Shown here one piece after another: positions 10,527 to 19,278 of a DNA stretch of 62,075 nucleotides. Location of the stretch: assembly GCA_037142615.1 (NCBI GenBank), contig JBAXAI010000022.1:1-62075 (forward strand), read 5' to 3'. The stretch is from Spirochaetales bacterium (lineage in GTDB: Bacteria > Spirochaetota > Spirochaetia > JABEVK01). How positions within the stretch are numbered: position 1 is the stretch's first letter; the number at the start of each line of letters is the position of its first letter. Made by a program: the position numbers and the translations under genes. The notes below the pieces were generated by a model, which was not told the DNA's origin, ran no database searches, and saw only the letters and a program-made list of their open reading frames with translations.

Positions 10527-11434
10527 CCAGGCTCGAGGGCTTCGTCTACCACGCGCCAGAACTTTACGCGCACCACCTGCTCTCGGAACTGGAGCGCTCG
10601 GGTCGGCCGGTACTGGGCGAAGTGCCGCTATACCGGGTCGCTGCTGAGCGCATTACCACGGTTTGGCACCAGAACCTGTGGCTGGAGCCTTGGGAAATCC
10701 ATTTCACGTCGATTTCGGACGCGGCGACCCAATTGCGCAGCTTGGGAGCCCTGTGGGCTCCGGTCCAGTCGCGCAACTTCCGCAAGGCGGCGCTGATCCA
10801 GGAAAAGCTACCCCGTCTGCCGACAAAGCTCCGGCCGTTTCCCTTTGATTTGCCCTCCGGGCCGATGGGCTCGTGGACGTTGCTTGACGAGACCACGCTC
10901 TGGGCCTCGCCGGTGACGACGAGCCCTTTCGCCGCCGGCGTCATTCCGCTGGCCGAAAACAAGACCGAGCCGCCGAGCAGCGCCTACCTCAAGCTGCAGG
11001 AGGCGCTGACGTTGTACGGAAGCCACCCGGAAGAGGGCGAGGTGTGCCTCGATGCCGGGAGCAGTCCGGGGGGCTGGAGTTGGGTGCTGGCCCGCACCGG
11101 CGCCACGGTGCACAGCGTGGACCGCTCGCCGCTGGACCCTCGCTTGGGCGGCATTCCCAACCTGCACTTCCGGGCGGGTAATGCTTTTTCGCTCGGGCCA
11201 AAAGACCTTCCAGACCTCGATTGGTTTTTCAGTGATGTCATTTGCTACCCAGCCAAGCTGTGGGAATGGCTGCAACCGTGGCTGGAATTGGGCCGGGTGA
11301 AACACTTTGTGGTTACCGTGAAGATGCAAGGAAAAGATTGCGACTGGGAAACCCTGGAAAAATTCTCCTCAGTGCCGGGCAGTCGTATAGTACACCTGTA
11401 CCACAACAAGCACGAACTCACCTGGCTGCTGTGA
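10523..11434 (+). CDS. SAM-dependent RNA methyltransferase, RlmM/FtsJ-like
   Basis: [40 protein letters not shown]; start uncertain (CTG overlapping msrB TGA). Confidence 0.8.
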   Translation: MTRLEGFVYHAPELYAHHLLSELERSGRPVLGEVPLYRVAAERITTVWHQNLWLEPWEIHFTSISDAATQLRSLGALWAPVQSRNFRKAALIQEKLPRLPTKLRPFPFDLPSGPMGSWTLLDETTLWASPVTTSPFAAGVIPLAENKTEPPSSAYLKLQEALTLYGSHPEEGEVCLDAGSSPGGWSWVLARTGATVHSVDRSPLDPRLGGIPNLHFRAGNAFSLGPKDLPDLDWFFSDVICYPAKLWEWLQPWLELGRVKHFVVTVKMQGKDCDWETLEKFSSVPGSRIVHLYHNKHELTWLL

Positions 11435-11440
11435 GGGCGA

Positions 11441-11812
11441 CTACTTCAGCGAAAAGGGCTTTTCCTTGGTCAGCAGGGCCGCGAACGTGTTGCGGGGCAG
11501 TTTGTTCGTCTCGGTGATCAGTTGACCCTTCCAGAAGTAGCGGAGGTAGGGGATCTCGAAGTTCCCGAAGGTCTCTTCCTTGAAGGTCATGATTTCCTGG
11601 AAACGCGGGTGCTGGTTGTACACAAGCACGTAGATCTCAACTTGTCCCGCGAACTCGGGCAGGAACCGGTCCATCACGACCCAGTCGATGCACCAGTCCT
11701 GGGTAAAAATCACGGCCACCTTGTCGGCGGCGCCACGAATCGATGCGGGAACTTCGCCCTCGTCCAGCAAACTCTGGACCTCCGCCTCCGAGAAACTCTT
11801 GTAGGTGCTCAT
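11441..11812 (-). CDS. Thioredoxin-fold hypothetical protein (single-Cys WCIDW)
   Basis: VAVIFTQDWCIDW, later IPYLRYF (cis-Pro-like). Confidence 0.65.
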   Translation of the reverse strand: MSTYKSFSEAEVQSLLDEGEVPASIRGAADKVAVIFTQDWCIDWVVMDRFLPEFAGQVEIYVLVYNQHPRFQEIMTFKEETFGNFEIPYLRYFWKGQLITETNKLPRNTFAALLTKEKPFSLK

Positions 11813-11838
11813 GCTGACAAAAGATAGCCCACGGGGCC

Positions 11839-12501
11839 CTACCAGTCAATTTCGGGCTGGCCCCACGAGGCGAGCACGGCGTTGGTCCGGCTAAAGGGTC
11901 GCGAACCGAAGAAACCCCGGTAGGCCGACAACGGCGACGGGTGAGGACTGCGAATCAAATGGTGCCTCGTGCCTTCCAAGAAAGCCCCCTTGCGCTGGGC
12001 GTAGGCCCCCCAAAGGACAAACACGACCTTGCCGGGCTTTTCGGCAACGCTCTTGAGCACCTCGTCGGTGAAGGTCTCCCAGCCCTTTCCGCTGTGGCTG
12101 GTGGGTGCCCCCGACCGCACCGTGAGCGTCGAGTTCAGCAGCAGCACCCCTTGCCGGGCCCACGACTCCAACGTTCGGTCGGCGTGGGGAGTTCGGCCGA
12201 GGTCTGTCCCCAGTTCCTGAAAGATATTGACGAGCGACGGGGGCAAATCCACTTCCGGGCGCACCGAAAAGCACAAACCATTGGCTTGGCCAACCCCATG
12301 GTAGGGGTCCTGGCCGACGATCACGACACGGGTCTGTTCCACCGGACACAGGTCAAAGGCGCGGAAGATCTCTTTCGCGGGTGGAAACACCGGTCCGGCT
12401 TTGTACTCAACGCGCACATAATCGGTCAGTTCGGCAAACCACGGCTGGTCAAAAATCGGGGCGAGCAAGCCCTTCCAAGACGCTTCAATGCGGACATCCA
12501 T
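11839..12501 (-). CDS. ung: Uracil-DNA glycosylase family 1
   Basis: GQDPYH, GLCFSV, GVLLLN, HPSPLS. Confidence 0.97.
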   Translation of the reverse strand: MDVRIEASWKGLLAPIFDQPWFAELTDYVRVEYKAGPVFPPAKEIFRAFDLCPVEQTRVVIVGQDPYHGVGQANGLCFSVRPEVDLPPSLVNIFQELGTDLGRTPHADRTLESWARQGVLLLNSTLTVRSGAPTSHSGKGWETFTDEVLKSVAEKPGKVVFVLWGAYAQRKGAFLEGTRHHLIRSPHPSPLSAYRGFFGSRPFSRTNAVLASWGQPEIDW

Positions 12502-12528
12502 GCCCTCAGGCTATGCTATCCTGCCCGC

Positions 12529-13341
12529 ATGGTTCAACTCATCGCCCTCGACCTCGACGATACCCTGCTGACCACCGGGCTGGAAATCTCGACGCGCAAC
12601 CAGGCCGCTCTGGCCCAAGCCCGCCGCCGTGGTGTCCACGTCGTTCTCGCTTCGGGTCGCGCTCCGGGTGCCATGGCCCGTTTTGCCGAGGTGCTGCATC
12701 TGTTCGACGGCCCGGGGTACCTGATTTCCGACAACGGCTCGACCATTCTGGCGACTCATCCCCAGGAGGTGCTCATCAGTCACCGGCTGGACCGCGACTT
12801 GTTTCACGAATTGCTGACCTTTTTTCGTGAGGTGGGCCTGCCGGTGCAGGTCTACACCTCGACCCATATTCTGGTGACCCAGGAAAATGCCATCACCGGT
12901 CACGACGTGGGCCTGAGCGGCTTTGCCGGTTGGCGGCTGGTGCCCAACCTGGGAGCCGAGCTCGACTTTCTGCCGCCCAAGCTCGTGATCCCCGGCGAGC
13001 CCGACGTCCTGCTGGCTACTTTGCCGCGCCTTCGCGACCGTTTTGGCGACCGGATCAACACCTTTATTTCAAAGCCCTTCTTCTTGGAGGTACTCCCCCC
13101 GAAGGCCGACAAGGGGGAGGCGTTGAAGTGGGTTTGCGGCGCGTTGGGAATCGCTGCCGACGCGGTCCTGGCTTTTGGTGACGCCGCCAATGATTTGGGT
13201 ATGCTTCGGTGGGCAGGGCAGAGCTATGCGATGGCCAACGCGATTCCGGCAGCCAAAGAGGCAGCACGGTTCGTGACCCGCTTCGACCACAATGCCGACG
13301 GGGTAGCCGATATCATCGAGAGCGTTTGGAAAGGCGTTTGA
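12529..13341 (+). CDS. Cof-type HAD-IIB hydrolase
   Basis: ALDLDDTLL, ASGR, KGEAL, FGDAANDLGM; start set to MVQLIA. Confidence 0.93.
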   Translation: MVQLIALDLDDTLLTTGLEISTRNQAALAQARRRGVHVVLASGRAPGAMARFAEVLHLFDGPGYLISDNGSTILATHPQEVLISHRLDRDLFHELLTFFREVGLPVQVYTSTHILVTQENAITGHDVGLSGFAGWRLVPNLGAELDFLPPKLVIPGEPDVLLATLPRLRDRFGDRINTFISKPFFLEVLPPKADKGEALKWVCGALGIAADAVLAFGDAANDLGMLRWAGQSYAMANAIPAAKEAARFVTRFDHNADGVADIIESVWKGV

Positions 13342-14278
13342 CCAGCAGGTCCCAGTCCGCCAGCTCGGCCTCGTTGCAGGCCCGGGCCAAATCCCTGCGC
13401 GCGCGGGTGAGGTACACGCGTACCAGAGCCTCGGTCTGCTCCCAATAGCCACGTTTGGCCCATAGGTCACGCAGCGCTACCGGTTCGAGTCGGCCGTCAC
13501 GCACGTCCTGCAGTTCCTTGCGGGTGAGTTCGGCGTTTTCGGCCCAGGCCAAGGTGACAGGCCAGGTGTAAATGCCCGACGTGAGGTCCTCGAGCACCGG
13601 TTTGCCGAGGTGTGATTCCCGCGCCGTCCAGTCGAGCAAGTCGTCCTGCAGCTGAAAAGCCATCCCGAGCGCGTAGCCTGCACGCCGGTAAGCGCGAGCT
13701 GTGAGGTCCACTTTTCCCGCCTCGTGGGCCCCCGTGTACAACGCGAGTGAAAACAGCACGGCCGTCTTGCCCATGGTCTTGCGAAGGATGCGGCGTTGGC
13801 TGACGGGAAGGCGGAACCGGTCGTTCCATTGCAGAATCTCGGAGCCGGCCATGACGGCCACGAGATCCGCCAGTGCCAAAGCGCTCTCGGGGCTCACCTC
13901 GGTGCTGACCATGCGGAAGCATTGGGCGAACATCCAGTCGCCGTACAGAACCGCCTTCGACGGCCCAAACTGGCGGTGCAGCGCGGGCTCGCCGCGACGA
14001 AGCGCCGCCTGGTCTACCACGTCGTCGTGAATGAGGGTGGCTAGGTGCAGAAGCTCGACGGTAGCGGCGGCCGAGTCCAGCGCGACCTCGCGTTCCGCAG
14101 GGGCTTCGCCGGCCGCCAGATACAGCAGGCCGGCTCTCAGGAGTTTCCCTTCCCGCCCCAAAAAGGGCTGGATTTCGTCACGGAGCTCGCGGGGAAGCTG
14201 GCCAGCTTGGGCTTGTACCCGTTTGCGCAGCTTCCCCAGGCGCTCCTCGATCCGGGGAAAATCGGACCAAATCGACAC
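13313..14278 (-). CDS. Polyprenyl (heptaprenyl-type) diphosphate synthase
   Basis: ELLHLATLIHDDVVD..RRG and FQLQDDLLD aspartate-rich motifs. Confidence 0.92.
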   Translation of the reverse strand: MSIWSDFPRIEERLGKLRKRVQAQAGQLPRELRDEIQPFLGREGKLLRAGLLYLAAGEAPAEREVALDSAAATVELLHLATLIHDDVVDQAALRRGEPALHRQFGPSKAVLYGDWMFAQCFRMVSTEVSPESALALADLVAVMAGSEILQWNDRFRLPVSQRRILRKTMGKTAVLFSLALYTGAHEAGKVDLTARAYRRAGYALGMAFQLQDDLLDWTARESHLGKPVLEDLTSGIYTWPVTLAWAENAELTRKELQDVRDGRLEPVALRDLWAKRGYWEQTEALVRVYLTRARRDLARACNEAELADWDLLVKRLSKRSR

Positions 14279-14283
14279 CGAGA

Positions 14284-16203
14284 CTACTTACGCTTCCGAG
14301 CGTCGCCGAGGTACCAGTAAGTCCTCTTGGCAAAGAGAGTGCGGTTCCACCACCGCTGCAGCCAGGGCATGATCCAGGCGTCGAGGCCCAGAACCTTGCC
14401 GGCACCGCCCAACAGGGCCACCGACGCGAACAGCATCCAGGCGGAGTTCCATGTGAGCGTACCCGCGAACAGGAAGTTGACGCTTAATGCAAGCGAGGCG
14501 ATGGCACCGATCCAAGTGAACGTACCGCCCAACAACGCTAGTCCGACCAGACCCTCGAGGAAGACGACCGGCACCTGCAGCAACATGTACGGCACCAAGC
14601 TCAGCACGTTGTCCATGAACCACTGCATCCACTGAACAAGGAACAGGTCTTTGGGGAGGATTGGTTGGGCCATGAATCCCAAAAGGTCGTGAATCTCTTT
14701 CTTGGCGACCACTTCGGTGGCACCGGCCAAGCTGTCGGGGTCTACGCCGGGCTGCACAACGCCGGGGCTGAACATCCAGGCGCTCGATGTGCCCTTGTCT
14801 GCGTTGAGCCAGCCTTCAAAGACTTTGGCGACGGCTTCACCGAGCCACATCAGGCCGAGACCGACACGAATGGGCAGCATCCAGTACGAGGGCATTTTGG
14901 CGGCGAGTTGGTTGCCCACCTGGCTTCGGCCGTCCTTGACGGTGAAAAAGTGGTGCTGCAGGTATTCCCAGCAGGCATTCACTCCCGCCACTTCCCACAA
15001 GTAGTGCAAGTTGACCAGGTGCTTCATTGCCATGGCCATAAAGCCCGTCAGAAGCATGCCCATCACGTGCGCGACGGCGAACTTGCTGCCCACCGACACC
15101 AAAAAACCGTGGTAGTTAGATCGGAAAGCCTTCTTGGGCTTGCTGTGCACGTCGGAATAGATGTTGTGCGCCGCGCATTCGGCGGTTTGCAGAGCCGTCT
15201 CGACCACCTGGGGCAGGATGCGGTTCTTCTCGCTGAACCACAGCACGTCGCCGACCAGATACACGTTGTCGAACTCGACCGACTGCATGAACTCGTTGCT
15301 CCGAAGGCGGGCCTTCTTGACGATGTTAAACTTGAGGTTGGTTTCTTCCTCAGTGGCGGCGGGCTTGCCACTATCCTTGCCACCGGTGAAGTCGAGCTTG
15401 CTGGCGAACTCGGGTCCGCGCACCCCGCAGGTCCAGATCAATGTCTCGGTATCGATGGCGCTGCCACCCTTCACGGTGATGCCGTCGGTACGCACTTCGG
15501 TGATGGGGGTGTTCAGGTGCAGGATGGCACCCTTGCGGGCCAAAAAGCGCATGGTGTTCTCGCGTAGCTTCTTGGGCAAAATCGGCAGGATTTCGGTCAT
15601 CGCTTCGACCATCACGATCGACACATCATTCTCGTCGACGCCATAACGCTGGCACAGCGGCTTTTTCCATTCCAGCAACTCGCCGAGCATCTCCATGCCG
15701 GTAAAGCCCGCGCCAGCCACCGTGAAGGTGAGGATCTTGCGGCGCTTCATGGTGTTGGGCTCGCGGCTTGCCTTGAGGAACTGAGCCTCGATGTGGTGGC
15801 GGAGACGAACGGCGTCGTTGTAGCTCCACAGGGCGAATGAGTTTTCTTTGGCACCCTTGATGCCGAAGTACTCGGGCTCCGCGCCGGGCCCCAGCACGAG
15901 GTAATCGTACTTGTAGGTGGCCTCAACGCCGTTGAGCGTGTTCTTGGCGAAGGAGATGTCCTTGATGGTGTCGATGACAACGCTGACCGTGGTACCGCCA
16001 AAAATCTTTTCGAGAGACACCTGAACGCTTTCGGGCTCGCAACGGCCACCGGCCACTTCGTGCAGCTCGGTCATCAGGGTGTGGAAGGGGTTTCGGTCGT
16101 AGAGGGTGATCTCGACGTCCTTTTCCTTCTTGAACAGCTTGTGGAGCTGTTTGGCGGCCTGGACCCCGCCGTAGCCGGCGCCCAGGATGGCAATCTTCTT
16201 CAT
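14284..16203 (-). CDS. Type II NADH dehydrogenase with C-terminal DoxX-like membrane domain (Ndh2-like)
   Basis: ILGAGYGG, HTLMTELHEVAGGR, VAGAGFTGME, hydrophobic C-terminus ending GAGKVLGLD; AAGGAG RBS before ATG 16203. Confidence 0.88.
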   Translation of the reverse strand: MKKIAILGAGYGGVQAAKQLHKLFKKEKDVEITLYDRNPFHTLMTELHEVAGGRCEPESVQVSLEKIFGGTTVSVVIDTIKDISFAKNTLNGVEATYKYDYLVLGPGAEPEYFGIKGAKENSFALWSYNDAVRLRHHIEAQFLKASREPNTMKRRKILTFTVAGAGFTGMEMLGELLEWKKPLCQRYGVDENDVSIVMVEAMTEILPILPKKLRENTMRFLARKGAILHLNTPITEVRTDGITVKGGSAIDTETLIWTCGVRGPEFASKLDFTGGKDSGKPAATEEETNLKFNIVKKARLRSNEFMQSVEFDNVYLVGDVLWFSEKNRILPQVVETALQTAECAAHNIYSDVHSKPKKAFRSNYHGFLVSVGSKFAVAHVMGMLLTGFMAMAMKHLVNLHYLWEVAGVNACWEYLQHHFFTVKDGRSQVGNQLAAKMPSYWMLPIRVGLGLMWLGEAVAKVFEGWLNADKGTSSAWMFSPGVVQPGVDPDSLAGATEVVAKKEIHDLLGFMAQPILPKDLFLVQWMQWFMDNVLSLVPYMLLQVPVVFLEGLVGLALLGGTFTWIGAIASLALSVNFLFAGTLTWNSAWMLFASVALLGGAGKVLGLDAWIMPWLQRWWNRTLFAKRTYWYLGDARKRK

Positions 16204-17129
16204 GCTTTCTCCTTGATCAGTCGTTGAACACTCTGCAAATTCGTCAAGTCCATGGGGAGTATCACTTTGGTGCCGGCGGTGGCAGTCTTGCCCAGTTGGG
16301 TCAGGTACTGCTGGGTGAGCTGAAGCTCGACGGCTTCGCGGCCGCCACCTGCCGTGATGGCGGCTGCTATCTTGCCAATGCTGGCGGCGGTGGCCTTCGA
16401 GATGGCCACGATTTCCGAGGCGCGCCCTTCTGCCTCGTTGATCTGCTTCTGTTTTTCGCCCTCGGACCGGTTGATCAGCTCTTCCATGTACCCGATGGAC
16501 GAGTTGATGCGGCTGTTCATCTCGCCCTGGCTCTTGGCGATTTTGGCGCGTTTTTCGCGCTCGGCGCTCACTTGCAGCTCCATGGTCTTGAGGATGGTCG
16601 GCGGCACGTTGATGTTCTGAATCTCGTAGCGGGTGACTTTCACGCCCCACGTCTCCAAAGCCTCGTCGAGGTGCCGCACCAGCGTGGCGTTGATGGAATC
16701 GCGCTCCTCGAAGGTCTTGTCGAGCTCCAAACGACCGATCACCGAACGCATCATCGTCTGCGCCAGCTGAATCGTGGCGAACTTGTAGTCGTTGATGCCG
16801 TAGCTGGCCTTCTTGGGATCGATCACCATGAGGTAGAGCACGCCGCCCACTTCGACGCGCACGTTGTCTTCGGTAAAGCACGGTTGCGGCGGAACAGTGA
16901 GGGCGGTTTCCTTCAGCGTGTGGGTGTAGCGTACCTTGTCGAGAAACGGAACCAGCAGGTGAAAGCCAGCTTCGAGCGTGCCGGCGTACTTTCCGACCCG
17001 CTCCACGACCAGCGCGGTACGCGAGGGGACGATGCGAATGCTGCGAAGAAGCTCGAACACAAACAAGACCCCGGCTAGACCAAGCACCACGAGGACGGGG
17101 AACAGCGGATTGAAAAGGAGTTCTTCCAT
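16200..17129 (-). CDS. SPFH/band 7 (stomatin/paraslipin-like) protein
   Basis: VVERVGKY, LAQTMMRSVIG, WGVKVTRYEI, AEREKRA; TGATG coupling to upstream paralogue. Confidence 0.92.
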   Translation of the reverse strand: MEELLFNPLFPVLVVLGLAGVLFVFELLRSIRIVPSRTALVVERVGKYAGTLEAGFHLLVPFLDKVRYTHTLKETALTVPPQPCFTEDNVRVEVGGVLYLMVIDPKKASYGINDYKFATIQLAQTMMRSVIGRLELDKTFEERDSINATLVRHLDEALETWGVKVTRYEIQNINVPPTILKTMELQVSAEREKRAKIAKSQGEMNSRINSSIGYMEELINRSEGEKQKQINEAEGRASEIVAISKATAASIGKIAAAITAGGGREAVELQLTQQYLTQLGKTATAGTKVILPMDLTNLQSVQRLIKEKA

Positions 17130-18064
17130 CAGCCTTTCCTCACGGGAACTTCGGCACGGGCGGCCATCAGGGGCGGCATCACGCTCGCCCAACTGGACTG
17201 CAACTGCGCCGCCTCGAGCGGAAGCACCTGCACGTCGGCGACTTCGAGGATGCGGCCCAACTGGTCGATGTACTGCTGCGTGATCTGCATGGTGACGGCA
17301 TTTTGACCACCGGGCTGGCGAATGGCTTCGCCAATCTGCCGAATGCCCTCGGCGTTCGCCTCGGTGATGATTTCGATGGAACGGGCACGGCCGTCGGCTT
17401 CGTTGATGCGTTTTTGGCGTTCGCCGCGCGACAGGTTGATGGCTTCCTCGCGCTCGCCCTTCGACGAGTTGATTCGGGCCTCTTTGTCGCCTTCGGACTC
17501 AAGGATTTCGGCGCGCTTGAAGCGCTCGGCTTCGACCTGCTTCTCCATCGCGTCGATGACCGTGCGTGCGGGCTCGATGTCGCGGATTTCGTAGCGGGTC
17601 ACCTTGATGCCCCACGGCTCGCTGGCCACGTCGATGCTTTTGACGATCGACGAGTTAATGGCCTCTCGTTCCGAGAAGGTTTTGTCGAGTGGAATCTTTC
17701 CGATTTCGCTGCGCATGGTAGTTTGAGCCAATTGCGCGGTCGCCCAGCGGTAGTTTTCGATGCCGTAGCTGGCCTTCACCGGGTCAACAACTTTGAGGTA
17801 CAGCACGCCGTCCACCTCAACCTGAACATTGTCTTGCGTGATGCAAATCTGCGGCTTCACGTCGTTCACTTCTTCTTTGAGCGTGTTCTTGTAGGCCACT
17901 TTCTGGAGCACGGGAATCACGAAATGAAACCCGGCGCCAAGGGTCTTGGAGTACTTTCCGAACTCCTCGACGATCCAAGCCTGCTGTTCAGGGACAATTC
18001 GGACGGATTGAAAGAACAACCACAACCCGAGCGCAACCGCGAGGTAAGAAAAGAGAACTTCCAT
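17129..18064 (-). CDS. SPFH/band 7 (stomatin/paraslipin-like) protein
   Basis: CITQDNVQVEVDGVLY, LAQTTMRSEIG, WGIKVTRYEI. Confidence 0.93.
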   Translation of the reverse strand: MEVLFSYLAVALGLWLFFQSVRIVPEQQAWIVEEFGKYSKTLGAGFHFVIPVLQKVAYKNTLKEEVNDVKPQICITQDNVQVEVDGVLYLKVVDPVKASYGIENYRWATAQLAQTTMRSEIGKIPLDKTFSEREAINSSIVKSIDVASEPWGIKVTRYEIRDIEPARTVIDAMEKQVEAERFKRAEILESEGDKEARINSSKGEREEAINLSRGERQKRINEADGRARSIEIITEANAEGIRQIGEAIRQPGGQNAVTMQITQQYIDQLGRILEVADVQVLPLEAAQLQSSWASVMPPLMAARAEVPVRKG

Positions 18065-18543
18065 CACTCCTCCTTGGTAGGACTCTGGAGCGCCTGGATG
18101 TCGCGCGCCAGCCTGTCGTCATTCACCCGCTGCACAGAAAGCACGAGACCTTCCTGCCCCAAAACCTCAACCTCATCGCCAATCGCGAGCGGCTCCGTCG
18201 ACACTGCGATCCACGTCGTCCCCTGAAACCGAACCCTCCCGGGTTCGCCGTCGCCCAGGGCCTCGGTGACCACCGCCTTCTTACCTGCGACGGACTCTTG
18301 GGCCGAGCCACCACGAGGCCGCTTCAACGCCTGCAACTTCCGGCGGAACAACACCAAGCCGCCGGCCGACAAAAGCGCCCAAACGACCGCTTGAACCACG
18401 TACTGGTCGCCGAGCCCTGGGATCAAGGCAAAAAACGCCACCGCAAAGGCGGCGGCCGCTGGCACCAAAAACTCAAGTTGGTTCGAAAAAACGACCAGGC
18501 CTGCCAACACCAAGGCGAGTGCGCTCCAAAGGATAACCACCAT
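18064..18543 (-). CDS. NfeD family membrane protein
   Basis: TM helices then OB-fold GRVRFQGTTWIA..GDEVEV; typical partner of SPFH genes. Confidence 0.88.
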   Translation of the reverse strand: MVVILWSALALVLAGLVVFSNQLEFLVPAAAAFAVAFFALIPGLGDQYVVQAVVWALLSAGGLVLFRRKLQALKRPRGGSAQESVAGKKAVVTEALGDGEPGRVRFQGTTWIAVSTEPLAIGDEVEVLGQEGLVLSVQRVNDDRLARDIQALQSPTKEE

Positions 18544-18599
18544 TAATCATGTTCTCACATCTGAAGGTCGTCTGGCAAGTTAGGACACCAGACGCGAAA

Positions 18600-19268
18600 C
18601 TAGCGGTCCTCCACGTACATGACGCGCACCTGCTTGATCAGGCCCTCGCCCTCGCTTTCGGTGCGGATATCGCGCAGGTCGTTGAGCGCGGTATGGATCA
18701 AGCGCCGTTCGAACGGATTCATCGGTTCCAACAACTTCGAGGTGTGGCTTCGGCGCACAAGAGCCGCCGTGGTGTGAGCGAGGCGGACCAAGTGTTCCTC
18801 GCGGCGGTTGCGGTAGTTCTCGCTGTCGAGCACCACCTTTACCGACCGTTCTTCGTCTTCGTACAGGTTTCCACCGTACACATTGATGAGCACCTGAAGG
18901 GCGTCGAGGTTCTTGCCATGCTTGCCGATGAGCAGGTTCGCATCGGGACTTTGCAAGTCCAGGTAAAGCTTGCCGTCCTCGCGGCCGGTAACAACGACGC
19001 GACCAGTGAAACCCATTTTGCGGATCACGGTTTCAACAAACGTCGTGAGCTTCTTTTCGATCTCAGGGTTAGCGACCATGGGCTCGTTCGGCCCGTCTTC
19101 GCCATCCTCTTCAACGTGGATGCGGATCTTGACCTTGCCCTTGGTGAACAAGCCCTTTTTGGCTTCTTCCATGATCTCGACGTCAAACTCATTTTCGTCG
19201 AGGCCCAGCGCCGCCATGGCCTTGGCGATGGCTTCCTGTTCGGTGGTTCCTTCAAACTCGTGGATCAT
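18600..19268 (-). CDS. jag: Jag/EloR/KhpB RNA-binding protein (KH + R3H)
   Basis: LLIGKHGKNLDALQ, PMNPFERRLIH. Confidence 0.95.
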   Translation of the reverse strand: MIHEFEGTTEQEAIAKAMAALGLDENEFDVEIMEEAKKGLFTKGKVKIRIHVEEDGEDGPNEPMVANPEIEKKLTTFVETVIRKMGFTGRVVVTGREDGKLYLDLQSPDANLLIGKHGKNLDALQVLINVYGGNLYEDEERSVKVVLDSENYRNRREEHLVRLAHTTAALVRRSHTSKLLEPMNPFERRLIHTALNDLRDIRTESEGEGLIKQVRVMYVEDR

Positions 19269-19278
19269 CGGAGGCTCC

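Noticed and set aside
16213-16231. Partial match to the 40234 operator (GTGTTCAACGACTGATCAA on minus)
   Set aside because: Only one arm matches and it lies in SPFH coding sequence
14284-16881. 865-aa ORF as one protein
   Set aside because: The N-terminal extension overlaps the SPFH gene in another frame; the real start is ATG 16203 with an AAGGAG RBS
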